Below the pieces are notes generated by a model, which searched no databases, was not told the DNA's origin, and saw only the letters and a list, made by a program, of their open reading frames with translations. From NCBI GenBank assembly GCA_050613775.1, contig JBODTK010000015.1:310001-374000 (forward strand): 64,000 nt of DNA. Reading direction: 5' to 3'. The translations under genes were made by a program, and so were the position numbers. This document shows positions 13,421-29,869 of this stretch, piece by piece. Each line of letters begins with the position of its first letter. Positions within the stretch are counted from its first letter, which is position 1. The stretch is from Neocallimastix sp. 'constans' (taxonomy: Eukaryota).

Positions 13421-13670
13421 TATTAATTAACTAAATAAATTTAAATTATAAAATAAATAAATAAATATTTAATAAATAAATAAATATTTAATAAATAAAT
13501 AAATAAATAAATATTTAATAAATAAATAAATAAATAAATATTTAATAAATAAATAAATAAATAAATATTTAATAAATAAATAAATAAATAAATATTTAAT
13601 AAATAAATAAATAAATTATATAACTTCTCCCAGTAAGAGACACTGAACCAAGGCGTATTTTATCATACTA
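13421..13670 (+). repeat. Dispersed repeat, copy 1 (copy 2 at about 47635-47825)
   Basis: Both copies share TTAACTAAATAAATTTAAATTATAAAAT, tandem ATAAATAAATATTTA units and ATAAATTATATAACTTCTCCCAGTAAGAGA. Confidence 0.75.
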
Positions 13671-14160
13671 TTAACATTGACATTCAGACATAAAAATTAA
13701 AAGTTTTTAATAAAAAAAAATTTTTTAAAAAAAAATTAAAATGAATTTTTTATTTTTGTGTAACAAATTTATTGTTTGTGTAACATATTTTAGTATAATT
13801 TTTTAATTATTTAAACATTATTATTATATTTTATTATTAATTATAATTCTGGACTGTTTTAAAAATATAAATTAAAAGAATATTCTTTTAATCTAAATAA
13901 ATATATTTTTTTTAATTAGGAAATAGTTTATTTTTTATTTTTATTATTTAAAGGAAATGATTTCTTTTTCAATTATTGACTTTTTTTTTCTTTGTAAAAA
14001 AAAAAAAAAAAACAAAAAAAACTAAAAAGAACAAATTTTAAACGTTATTTATATAGATATATATAAAATAAAAAAAAAAAAAATAAATAAAATCATATAT
14101 AAAAATATTTTAATAGAATAGTGTTTATTAAAAATAATTTGTGAAGAAAAAAAAAAAAAA

Positions 14161-17495
<3,335 letters not shown>

Positions 17496-17657
17496 GTAAA
17501 TTTTGTGATAAAAATAGTTAAATAAAATAGAAAAAAAAATAATAATTTTTATTTATATATATAATATATATAAATATATAAAACATAAATCATAAATATT
17601 TTTATGATAATTAGAATATGAATAAATTATATGTTAATTTATCTAATATTATAATTA

Positions 17658-17766
<109 letters not shown>

Positions 17767-17799
17767 TTTATATGTATATATACAAAATATTTAATTATT

Positions 17800-18228
17800 T
17801 TTTTTCAAAATGATTATTGATGTATTTGATAAAATTTATAATAATATTGATAGCTTCCGTTTTTTCCTTCATAAGATGGATCCACTATTTACGGCTAAAG
17901 TCATCAATAAATGAAATAATGTATTTAAAAGATCTTGAAGTATAGGGTGACGGAACGAATATTATTGGATGAAAGACCCTTAAGTTAGTAATTTATAATA
18001 TATAACTTGGTCAGTAATTCAACTTTTTCAGTGTGGATGAGAAAGTTTTATTATAGGCCATTCCGTAATTCCGTATTTTTGTTTAAATCCTACCACAACT
18101 AATCCTGTCTTTTATTTATTGTGTTATCTGAATTATATTTATTTAAATACCTGCTTTACAGAGATTAAATTTGTGTGTTCATTAGGATCTTTGTAACATA
18201 CTCACTTTTAGATTTTTTATATTCATTA
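17800..18228 (-). mobile_element. Copia debris (integrase fragment joined to an RT-start fragment)
   Basis: Minus strand gives FKYIISFIDDFSRK...EAINIIINFIKYINNHF. The DKEKWLQTVNDELM/NIKNLKV frame continues across the 18229-21891 insertion. Confidence 0.7.
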
Positions 18229-21200
18229 TGTTAAAATATAGTAAATAAAATTATACATTATGCTTTATTATAAAATAAAATTAATATAAAATACATGTAA
18301 TAATTATTATTTAGAAAATGATTCTTCTTTATTAATAAAATATTATTAAATAAATAAAATATATAATATAAAATAATTAATCTGAGCTTCACTCATTGAC
18401 AGATTAAGAGTCTCATGAAAGAGACCATAAATATATTTATATAATATTATATTTTTTAAAATTTACTATATTCAAATTTAAATTTATTTTATAAAATAAA
18501 TAAATATATAATTAATTTATTAAATAATTAAATATAAAAGTAAATAAATAAAATTTTATTAAAAATTTGATGTTTAAAATCATGGGAAGAAAAAGAACTC
18601 AAGAAACAGAAATCTCCGAAGTTAGTTCCACTTCCTCTTCATCAACCCCTACTATTAATAAAAATGAAAACATTAATAAAGATGAGGATAATGTTCCTCA
18701 AAATGAAATTTTATTTCAAAATTATGTCTATAAAGATTTATTAATTAAATCCGTATTTAATTACAAAGATTTTAAATTAAATACCTCAAATTTTGAAGAT
18801 TGGTTTATTGAATTAAAACGTCATCTAATTGCACAAGATTACGACGACTATTTGAAAAAGAATTTGTGTATGATAACATGACTAGAAAGCAAATAAAATA
18901 TGATAACGCAGTTCAATCAATAATATCTGGTAGCTTAGACTTAGAAATAAAGGCTTATCTAAAAGGTTGTAAGACTGCATATCAAATGATTGATAGACTT
19001 AAAAAACAATTCTACAAATCAGGAGAATCATTAAATTTATTAATGCAAAAAATCAAAATTTTAGAAATTAATAATAACAATTATATTCTATATCTCAATG
19101 AACTAAAAAATCTATTTGAACAATATGATATAGAATGTGTCAAACTAAATAAAAACAAACTAACTGAAGAAAGTAAAATCATCTATGCTTGCGCTAAATT
19201 AAAAAACATTGGATTTAATTTTACATTAACTTACAAATATAAAAAATTCAATGAACTTTATGATGATTTGCAAAAAATGAGAAATCATGAAGAAAGAATC
19301 AACAATTATCTAAACACTCAAATTAATAATAATAATGAAAATAATAATGAAAATAATAAAATTAATTATATTTCAAATAATAGCAAGCAAACTATATACA
19401 AAAATAATAATAATCAAAATAAACCTAATAATTCAAGAAATAAAAACAATAAAAATATAAAAAGCAAACACTGTCTCCTATGTAAAAAAGATGGTCATAT
19501 TATAGAAGAATGTTATTATAATCCATTCAATAAAAATAATAAAAATAAAAATACAATAAATAAATATAATAATAATAAAAATAATATTAACAACAAAAAT
19601 AAATTTCACTCTTATAAGATAAATGAAAATAATTCAGAGTATTCATCAGACACAAATGATGATTACATTAAATTTACCGGAAATATATCTGTATTAAAAA
19701 ACTATATTAAATGTAACAATTTAAAAACAAATAAAAAATATACAACATGGATTATAGATAGTGGTACAGGATTAAATTTAACCAACAACATAAACCAACT
19801 AAATAATATTCAAAATTCTAATGATAAAACAATAATTTATCCAAATGGTACCACTGATAAAATAAATTGTTCTGGTACATATTATGGAAGTTTCAAGAAT
19901 AATAACAATATAAACAATAATATAAAAAATATTAACAATTTTTCAGATAGCGATATTAATAAAAAAAGAAGAATTCAAGATGATGAAGACTCAGGTGATG
20001 AATCAGACACCCAAACATTAAATATAAGAAAAGAAATATTATCCAAAAATAAAAACATTAATAAAAAACATAAAATTTTCAATATTATGACACAATGTCC
20101 AAGTACATATGAAGAAGCTATGATTTCAAAAGATTCAAAAGAATGGAACATAGCTATAAAAAATGAAATTAAAAATATGTATGATAAAAATGTAATGATG
20201 GTAGTCAATATTAATGATATACCAAAAAATACAAATATTATAGATACAAGATGGGTTTTAGCAATAAAAAATGATAATACTAAAAAAGCTAGATTGGTAG
20301 CAAAAGGTTGTCAGCAAAAGGAAGGTGAAGATTTTATTTCAACATATTCACCTACAGCACAATCTGATAGTTTAAGAATTACCATTGCAATAGCTTCAAT
20401 AAATAAATGGAATTTAATACAATTAGACATAAAAGCGGCATATTTAAATGCTGACCTTAATGAAACAATTTATGTTAAAATTCCAAAAGGAGATAAAAAT
20501 TATAATAAAAATAAAGTATGGTTGTTGAAAAAAGCACTATATGGTTTAAAACAGGCTGGACGTATGTGGAATGAAGAAATCACTAATTATTTAAAGTCAA
20601 TCGGCTTTAAACAATATAAATCAGACAAATGCTTATTTGGAAAATATAATAAAGGAAATAAATTAATAGGCTTATTAACATTATACGTTGATGACATTTT
20701 AATAACTGGTGAAGATTATGAAATAAAAAATATAATTAAGAAATTAAAAAATAAATATACAATTTCAAAAGAATCTGATGCCAGAAAAATTATTGGAATA
20801 AATATTTATAAAACTAAAGATGGTTATAAAATAAATCAAGAAGATTATATAAATAAAATTATTAATAATTATAATATGAATAAAACTAAAATAATAAAAT
20901 ATCCATGTAGAAAAATTTCAAATGAAGAAAGAAAAAATGCAAAACCTGTAGATGTTGGAAAATATAAATCACTTTTAGGTTCACTATTATATATTGCAAT
21001 AAAATCTAGACCAAACATTACAGACATTACATATGCAGTTAACCAAGCATCAAGAAATTGTGAACATCCAACAACTATAGACTATAAAGCGTTGCTACTG
21101 ATATTACAATATTTAAAATCTACAATAAATAAATCAATATAATATAATGGAAAAAATAGATTAGTTGGATTTTCAGATGCTGATTATGCTAATGATGAAG

Positions 21201-21891
21201 CCACTAGAAGATCTGTAAGTGGATATATATTCTTACTTGGAAATAGTCCAATTTCCTGGAAATCACAAATTCAAAGAAATGTTACATTATCAACAGCTGA
21301 AGCTGAATTTGTTAGTCTTACTGAATGCGCAAAACATGGAATATGGTTAAAAAATTTATTCGAAGAAATAACTAATAAGAATGTCTTAATAAAAATAAAA
21401 GTAGATAATAAAGCTTGTATAGCAATAGCTGAAGATGAAAATGCTAAAGGTAGATGCAAACATATTGATACTAGATATAAATTTATTCAAGAAAAAATAA
21501 AAGAAAAGAATATAAAATTAGAATATATTAGCACAAATGATATGTTAGCTGATCCTCTAACAAAACCAGTATCCGGTATTAACATTAAGAAATTTAACGA
21601 TATAATTTTTGATAACTAAAATATAATATAAAATAAAAAAAATAAAATAAAATAAAATAAAATAAGATAAAAATTAATAAAATAAAATAGTTCTAATAAA
21701 GACATAATGTAGGGGGAATGTTAAAATATAGTAAATAAAATTATACATTATGCTTTATTATAAAATAAAATTAATATAAAATACATGTAATAATTATTAT
21801 TTAGAAAATGATTCTTCTTTATTAATAAAATATTATTAAATAAATAAAATATATAATATAAAATAATTAATCTGAGCTTCACTCATTGACA
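18229..21891 (+). mobile_element. Ty1/Copia element with two LTRs and a TSD, internally deleted for integrase
   Basis: 173-bp TG...CA LTRs at 18229-18401 and 21719-21891, identical by eye; 5-bp TSD CATTA; PBS 18402-18417; PPT AGGGGGAA 21711-21718. Confidence 0.95.
18570..21619 (+). pseudogene. Copia gag-protease-RT-RNaseH polyprotein without integrase; one frameshift and one premature stop
   Basis: CLLCKKDGHIIEEC knuckle, WIIDSG, KARLVAKG, LDIKAAYLNA, LYGLKQAG, YVDD. After the in-frame TAA at 21140-21142 the frame continues as GFSDADYA...ADPLTK. Frameshift near 18855. Confidence 0.9.
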
Positions 21892-21896
21892 CATTA

Positions 21897-24850
21897 ATTC
21901 GTCGTTTACTGTTTGTAACCATTTTTCCTTATCTTTTTTTTATTATTTATGTCTCCATAATTATATGGTTCTCCTAAGTTTTCTACTAGTATAAGTGAAT
22001 CGCTTTGAATAATATCCTTAATATTGGAAGATTTAATTTTTCTTAGTATTATGGTTTTTCATTTCTTTTGGTTTTTTAATTTATTGTTCCATTCATTCCC
22101 TGCTTGATTTAGACAATAGAAAGCTTTATTAAATTTCTAAAAAGAATTTCCCATGAGATTGATATCCTTCTGGGGCTTTCATTTATATTTGTTCATTCAG
22201 AAGGGCATTTATATTGGCCGAATTAATATCTATTTGTTTTATTTTGAAGTTCGTAATCACTGCAATGACTGTAATGATTCTAATAGTATCCTGTTTGAGT
22301 GTGGGAGCAAACTTATCCTTATAGTCGATTCCATATTCTTGAATATATCTCTTAGCGACCAGTCTTGCTTTTCTTTTGATTACCTTACCATTTGAATCCC
22401 TTTTATACTTGAATGCCCACCTGAAAGAAATGATGTTAGATCCTGAAGGTACCTTATTAACAATTGAATAAACTTTATGTTTTTTCATGTTGTCCAGCTC
22501 TTCTTTTACTGAAGTTAAACATTCCTTTTTATCTTTTTAATTTGAATATATCTTTGAAAATGTAGGGTTCAATCAGAGTATTGTTATTCTGATTTATTTT
22601 ATGATTGTGTTACCTATCTTTTTTATCTTATTTGAGTCGGATGAATTTATATATAATTTTCTTTTTTTTACTTTCAAAAAAAATAATCGCTTTTATCTTC
22701 GTTGTTCTCTTTATATTTATTGTTAAATAATATTAATTTCCTTCTGAGTATTTGTTGATTTATTGATGTTGTCGTTTTCCATTGTGTTGTGAAGTTCATT
22801 ATTAATACTTTTTGGGTTATTATGTTGAATATATTATTATTATTTGTTGATTTATTTCTTATTGTGCTGATATTTGTTTTGTTGGTAATAGTAGTATTAT
22901 CATTATGATTGATATTATTACTGTTGTTATTTTTATCATTGTGTTTGTTGATGTATTGATTTATATTTTTGTAAGTGTTGACGTCTTTGTGATTATTTGA
23001 ATTTATATTTTTATCAAAAATACATTCATTAGTCTTGTTTTTCTTATTGTCAGTTTTATTGTAATAATTGTACTGATTTAATTTCTTGATATTGGCACTC
23101 TCCCTGAATTCCTCATTGGTAAAATATATTTGTTTATAAAAGAATTTCCAGGTTCATTTTCCATAAATTCGACAGTACGAGCTAAAATAATTTTATTATT
23201 TACAATATCATACACTTTATATCCATTAGTGTTGTTACTGTAACTAAGAAAGATTCCAGGATGAGAGTTGTTATTGAATTTTGATCGAAGTTCTTTAGGA
23301 ATAAAGAAGTAGACCTTGCATCCAAAAACTCGATAGATACTATAATCCAAGAGTTTGTTATAGAAAACTTCATAAGGAATTCTGTTTTGATTACTTTGGC
23401 TGGGATGTCTATTATGAATGAAGTTAGCAGTATCGATTACATACTCCCAAAATTCATGACTAAGTTTGGCTTCGTTGAGTAATGCTTTGGCAGAGGAAAT
23501 AAGAATGCCATTGAATCTTTCTGCTCGACCATTTTGAGAGGGATTATACGGAATGGTGAATTGATGTTTGATTCCATTTTCTTGACAGAAGGTTTGAAAA
23601 TGACCGTTTTGAAATTCTTTTCCATTGAGTTTTTCTTCCATTTGCGAGTGAAATTTTTTCTTTGCATTTTTTAATACTGGTAAGTTGTTATTGTTTGTGA
23701 TGCTAATTGAAGCACCAGAATCTAAAATCGAAATTGTAAAATTATTATTATTGATTATATTGGTTGAATTGTGGTTACTTTCATTGTTGATCTCTATGTT
23801 GTTAATTTCTATTGTGTTATTCGAAGAATACTCTCGTGAGAAATCTTCTTGATAATTATCTTTATTGATTGAGTAAACTTGTTTATTATTAGTATTGTTT
23901 TTATTGAACTTTATAAAAGAATTTTTTATTATTTTTATTATTTTTTATAATTTTTAATTCGTTTTATTATACTTGTTTCTATTATTTTTGAGACAATTAT
24001 TAACATAATGATCGTATTTTCCACAAAGAAAGCACCCTCCATTCTTTCTTCATGAAGATCTTTTCCTCTTGGTTGAAGGTTTATTTTTAAAAAATGTGTT
24101 TGTAAGTGGAAAATATTTTCAGATTTTTCTTCTTTGATTCTTTTTTTCCTTGAGCTGAGAAAAAGCGATATCTGGAATAATTCGTTTGAGATAATTACAG
24201 AATTCTTTCCAGTTGTTGTTGAATTGGAATACATTGATCCATTTTAGGTTTTAAGACAATGCTCGGTTCAGTATCCCTACTTTTGTATAATCGGAGATAT
24301 CGGAATCTATAATTTCTAACTCATCTAACATATTTTGAAGTGTAGATGGAAAAATATGTATATCTCCTTTAATGTCAAATTTTAAAAGATTAATTTTAAT
24401 TTTTAATATCATTTTCCTGTGTTCCTCCCCAAGAGTAAAGGATTCCATGAAGGAAGTTCCATAGCTGAAAGGGCTGTTTTGTTATGACCTTTCAGAATTT
24501 CCTTTAGTTTTACTTCTAAGGCTATTCGTATCGATCCATTTTACTAGGATATCATTTTTTACATTCTTTTCATTTGTGTTAGTATCATAGACAAGGGAAG
24601 AGTCAAAATTTGTCTATGGTATAATTATCTAAATTATCTTTTTATATCTTTCTTTCTTTCTTAGCTTTTTTGACCTTTGATGAACTTTACATATTCATCT
24701 AAGTTATTTGATGGTTAGGAGGTACAAGATATTTCTTTTTTCCAGTTTCTATGTTCAACTCAGTGACGTGATTAAAGTTTTCTTAATAATTAAAAGAAAA
24801 TCCTTTTTTTGCAGAGAAATTATTTTAGGCGATGTCAATGATTTGGTTTC
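21897..24850 (-). mobile_element. Decayed Copia (gag, protease, integrase core, RT start)
   Basis: ILDSGAS near 23715-23735; integrase ORF 23641-23078 (PYNPSQNGRAER, YRVFGC); RT ORF 22488-22183 (KRKARLVAK); multiple deletions. Confidence 0.85.
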
Positions 24851-26070
24851 TAGAGTCTTTTCTCATTCTTGGCATTTTTTTGTTTAAATTTTTGAAGAAT
24901 ATATTAATTAATTGTTTTAATTAAGAAGGTATTATTGATTTTTAAAGTAATTTGCTTAAATTTTTCAAATAAATATTTTTTAAGAAATTTCAAATTTATT
25001 TTGAATCATATTATATTTATTTAAAGTTAATTTAATCCTTAAATTTGAATAAGTCTAAGATATATTTTTAATATCAAATGAATTTACTTAATTTATTAAT
25101 AATTAATGTAACTTATTTTATTGATATTAATTTCTATTATTTATAGTCATCATATCAACTTCTATTAATATAAATAATAGAAATTGATAGGATGGAGAAA
25201 GGACTGTTTTAAAATTATATAGTTTTAATGTTTAATATTTTTTATTATATATAACCTATAAAATAAAATAAAATAAAATCATTTCTGTAATTCAATATTA
25301 TTTGTTTATATCTCATGAACAATTTTAATTTGTATGATTAATTTTTAATTTAAAGCTTTCCATTTTTTTTTTAAAAAACTTTTTTTATTTTAAATTGAAT
25401 AAAATCTAATCAGTGCAGTTGTATAAATCATGTTGTGATTGATTTATTTTATTATAATTATTATTTATGTATTGAAAAATATTGATTGATAATATTGATA
25501 TTATTATTTTATATTTTAATTAATTTTATCAAATATTATTATTATTAGTTTCTATTTTTATATTCTAATCTAAACACAATAGGTGTAACAGATTACAAAT
25601 AACAAAATTTTAACACTAAAATTAAAAGAACACGTAATAAAATTTTTTTTTTTTTTTTTAAATAAAATAATCTTTATTAACTAAGAAAAACAAATTACTT
25701 ATTGTTTTTAACTAGTTGATAGTCAATAATTAATACATCAATTTAAATAATGAATTTTATATGTATTTACATTTCTTCATGATTACATTTTAATAGATCA
25801 AACCTATTTAATATACATATCTTACTATTTATTTATAAACAAAAATATTTATTAATAATTTTATTAAATAATAATTTAGCTAAAACTAAACAATAATTAA
25901 TTCAATAAAACTTTCAACTTATTTACAATAATAATTAAATTCAATAAGAACTCATTTATTATTTATTTATTATTTAAATATTATTAAAACTAATGTTTAT
26001 ATATTTACAATTCAAAACTTTTTTTGTAAACTATTTAAACTAATTTTAACTATTTTATAACTTTTCCGAA

Positions 26071-26565
26071 ATTAATTTTTAAAGTATTTTAAACTAATTA
26101 AACTAAATTAACTAAGTTAAATAAAATAACTAAATTTAATAAACTAAATTAACTAGCATAAATAAAATTATTTAGATTAAATTGATTATCCAAAATTATT
26201 TATATAATAATTTTTCCTTTTTTTTTTTAAAAAATTTTACATCCATTTATAATTAATTTTCATATATGTAAATCATAAATTTATGTAATTTTATTACATT
26301 TATATTAATTAATTATTAATAATTAATTTTTAAAGTATTTTAAACTAATTAAACTAAATTAACTAAGTTAAATAAATAACTAAATTAAATAAACTAAATT
26401 AACTAGCATAAATAAAATTATTTAGATTAAATTTATTATCCAAAATTATTTATATAATAATTTTTCCTTTTTTTAAAAATTTTTACATCCATTTATAATT
26501 AATTTTCATATACATAAATCATAAATTTATGTAATTTTATTACATTTACATTAATTAATTATTAA
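26071..26565. repeat. Tandem duplication of an approximately 250-bp AT-rich block
   Basis: Near-identical copies start at 26071 and 26322 (ATTAATTTTTAAAGTATTTTAAACTAATTAAACTAAATTAACTAAG...). Confidence 0.85.
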
Positions 26566-26599
26566 AGATTTTATTAAATATTTACACCATAATACTTGT

Positions 26600-27700
26600 T
26601 AATTATCTCACTGATACTTAACAAACTTTTCCAGTTCCATTTTCCTTATCATTTCCTCTATTGAGTTATCTTGCCCAACCATAGAAGTTTGTTCCTTTTT
26701 TTTTTTTTGGTTTACTTTCTATCTTTAACTTTTTCCGTAGGGTTATCGATAATTTTTTGTCTCCTTTTGATTTTTAGCTTCTTGTCCTTGTCTTCTTAAC
26801 CAATCTGTCTCATTTTTTCATAATCGACCATAATAGTCATAGAAGTCACCAGTATATTCAATTCCTCTTTCATAGTAGAATTGCCTGGTTAATTCGTATA
26901 CCGTATCTTTTTTTTTTTTCTGGTTATCTAATACCTGATTAATAAATCTTTGTAATTTTCGCTGTAGGTTGAATCTCCTTTATTTCAGCTTTAATTTCAT
27001 TTTCTTGTAATTGTATCGTGTAAGATATTTTCGCCTTCACACTCGCCTTGGTGAATCTACATCTGATAATCTTGACCTCTAGTTATCAATCTTATAAACT
27101 TTTAGGCTGATGATCATGGACATTTATCTCCAATAAATAAGGTACCTATACCTAATCCATGAATCTAGGAACCTAATATTATCGTTCTTGGCATAGACTC
27201 AGCTAGCCTACATCTTGTGTTAAAGTCATACCATTTAGCTTTACTTTTAGTATGTTCATCGACCAGCTTTATTTACTTTTATCTGGAATTCTTCTGTCAC
27301 TTGAGGTATTAACTCTATACTAGCGGAAGTAGTAAATGTCAAGGGTCAATCCTCGATAGGGAACCCCTTTTTTTTTTTTTTTGGCTAACTGCGTGATGGA
27401 TCATGTTAATCTGGTATGCCCGTATCCTATAGCACTTTTTAGGTTCTGTAGCCCCTCTCTAGTATGCAAGTTACTTGTTTTTGGCCTCTGACTCATACTT
27501 GTCGCTTGTCGCACTTAGGCTCATACTTGTGTTAATAGTGCGGTCTTGAGAATAGGGTTGTTACTACTTGTGAGGAAGTCCCTTAAAAATAATTTGGCTT
27601 ATAGCTTGGTCTCGTATCGACATCTTTGCCACCATTGTCCATTGTGGTTATTTTTTATCTCGTTTTATCTTTATCATAATTTGTTTGTCTAGTGAACTCT
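26600..27700 (-). mobile_element. Probable 5' remnant of an LTR element, likely Gypsy: LTR end, canonical TGG PBS, leader and decayed gag
   Basis: The minus strand reads ...GGACA A TGGTGGCAAAGATG (27634-27621), the complement of a tRNA 3' end ...GCCACCA; a GC-richer decayed coding-like stretch follows. Confidence 0.5.
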
Positions 27701-27849
27701 CTTCTCTTCGCGGTTATATTCATATCTCTCCAAGTTCTCGTCTTTATTAATATTATTATTATTATTTATATTGTTATTGTTGATATCTTTATTATAGTCA
27801 TGTATAAAAGATCTCTTGTTTATCTTCTTCAAAGAATTCTTCAAAATTA

Positions 27850-29860
27850 TATATTTCAAGAATAATAATTTGGAACAGAGTTATTTCCTAGTGTGTCCTT
27901 AAAGAGTTCAACTGTCCTAGATTTTAACTATTTTATTATTTGTGGGGGGGTCATGTATTATATAAGCATTGGAGTAAATTTCATTATATTCTAAGAAAAT
28001 ATACCTGGTAATGATGCTCTTTGTGGAAATTTCTTCTTAAATATTTTGGAATAAGGAAGAACACTTGACATTGACAACCAAGGACTCTAAAATTTCTGAT
28101 AAACTTCTTCATAATTCTTGATAAGGCAAACGATTATGAATATAATTTGCTATTCTTACAGCATCCTCCCAAAATTTGTGATGTAACTTTTTATCCTTTT
28201 AGAATTATGGTAGCATTATAAGAGTTCCTTTTGTATCCTTTCGGCTCTTCCATTTTATTGAAGAGATTGTATGAAATTGTTTGATGTACAATTCCATTTA
28301 AATCACAGAAGTTATCAAAATTGAAATTGTAGAATTCTGTACCATTATCAGTTCTAATGTGTTTAATATGCTTATTAAAAAATTTCTTTTTAACTTTTGT
28401 ATACCATTTTTTTAGAGGTAGAAAAGACTTCACTTTTACTTTTTATAAAATATACTTAGTAATATTTAGTATAGTCCAAATATAGTTAAAAAATATTTGA
28501 TACCATATATTGACATTACAGTATTTGGCAATATGACTGGTTTTCTGGCAGATAAAACATCTTTTTTCTCTTATATTTGTTTTCCTTTAAAAGTTTCTTT
28601 TGTTTAATGTATTTTTATTTTTATTTGAGAATCATAATATAATTTTTATTTCTTATTGTTTTACTTTTTAATACTTTCAAATATATTAAAAGTGAGAAAT
28701 GGTGGTTTTTAAATGTTCCACTGTTGGGTTCCATTACTCATGGTAATTGATCATATTTAATTCAATAATTAAATCATCTGGAAGCACAGCATACAGATAA
28801 TTTCATTTATTTCTCATCCCAGATTTAATATATTTTAAATCTCTCAATTTCTCAAATATCATTTCGAGCAATGATATAATTAGACATATATCTTCTTCTC
28901 TAGAATATTTTAGATAATAATGAGGATAATGGTACGAATAATAATTCAACTAAATAGAACAATGTCACAAATAATACTCAAGATAATAACATTGGAAAAT
29001 ACAAATAATTTAAATAATTCAACTAATAGATATGAGGATACAAATATATACAATGAACAACCCAATAATTCGAAAAAATAATATTAATAACGATATTAGT
29101 AATAACAGTGATAATTCAAATTTAAATATGAATGAAAAAAAAAATAGTTTAACCAAAAGAAAATTCATAGATGAAACAGAAAAAAAAAATTATACAAAAA
29201 AATTCAGAATAATAACAAATAACAAATAATTTGAATTTAAGTAAATTTGATGAAGTACAGGAATTAGATTCGCCACTCAGCTTCAGAGATATTGTTTGGT
29301 AGACCAGATGAAAAAAAAAATGGCTAAAGACTGTAGAAAATGAATTGAATAATATGAAGGTCAAAAAAAAATGTTTTATTCTGTAGTTAAAAATATTTCA
29401 CACGATAAAAAATTTTAATATCCAGTCAATGGGTATTCAGTTATAAAAGAGATGACAAAAGAAAAATAATTAAATACAAAGCAAGGTTGGTAGCCCGTGA
29501 AATTTTTTCAAGTCTATGGCATAGATTATGAAAAAAAATTTTTTTTTTTTTTCACCTATATTAAAACAAGATTCCCTTAGAATCATAACAAATATGTTAG
29601 TAATATTATAATTTTGTATATATATATCAGCTAGAAATTAAAGCTGCTTACCTAAATGATGAAGTGGATGAAGAATTGAATTATAAATGGAAGTACCTGA
29701 AGGTTTTGGAGATTCTACTGGATATTGGAAATTGAACAAGGCCAATCTATGGAATGAAACAAGCAGGAAGGAGGTGGAACAATACAATAAATAACACTTT
29801 GATAAAATTGAATTTTTGTTAGAGCCAAAAAAAAAAAAGTGAACCATGTGTACTTATTCT
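27850..29860. mobile_element. Mixed-orientation Copia debris: integrase and gag pieces on minus, RT on plus
   Basis: IRTDNGTEF in ORF 28433-28191; YKARLVA, LKQDSLRII and IKAAYL remnants at 29470-29660. Confidence 0.75.
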
Positions 29861-29869
29861 CAAACAGAA

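Noticed and set aside
21140..21142. Programmed readthrough or alternative genetic code in Copia pol
   Set aside because: A single stop in an already defective copy, at a position not used for Copia recoding; other genes end at standard stops
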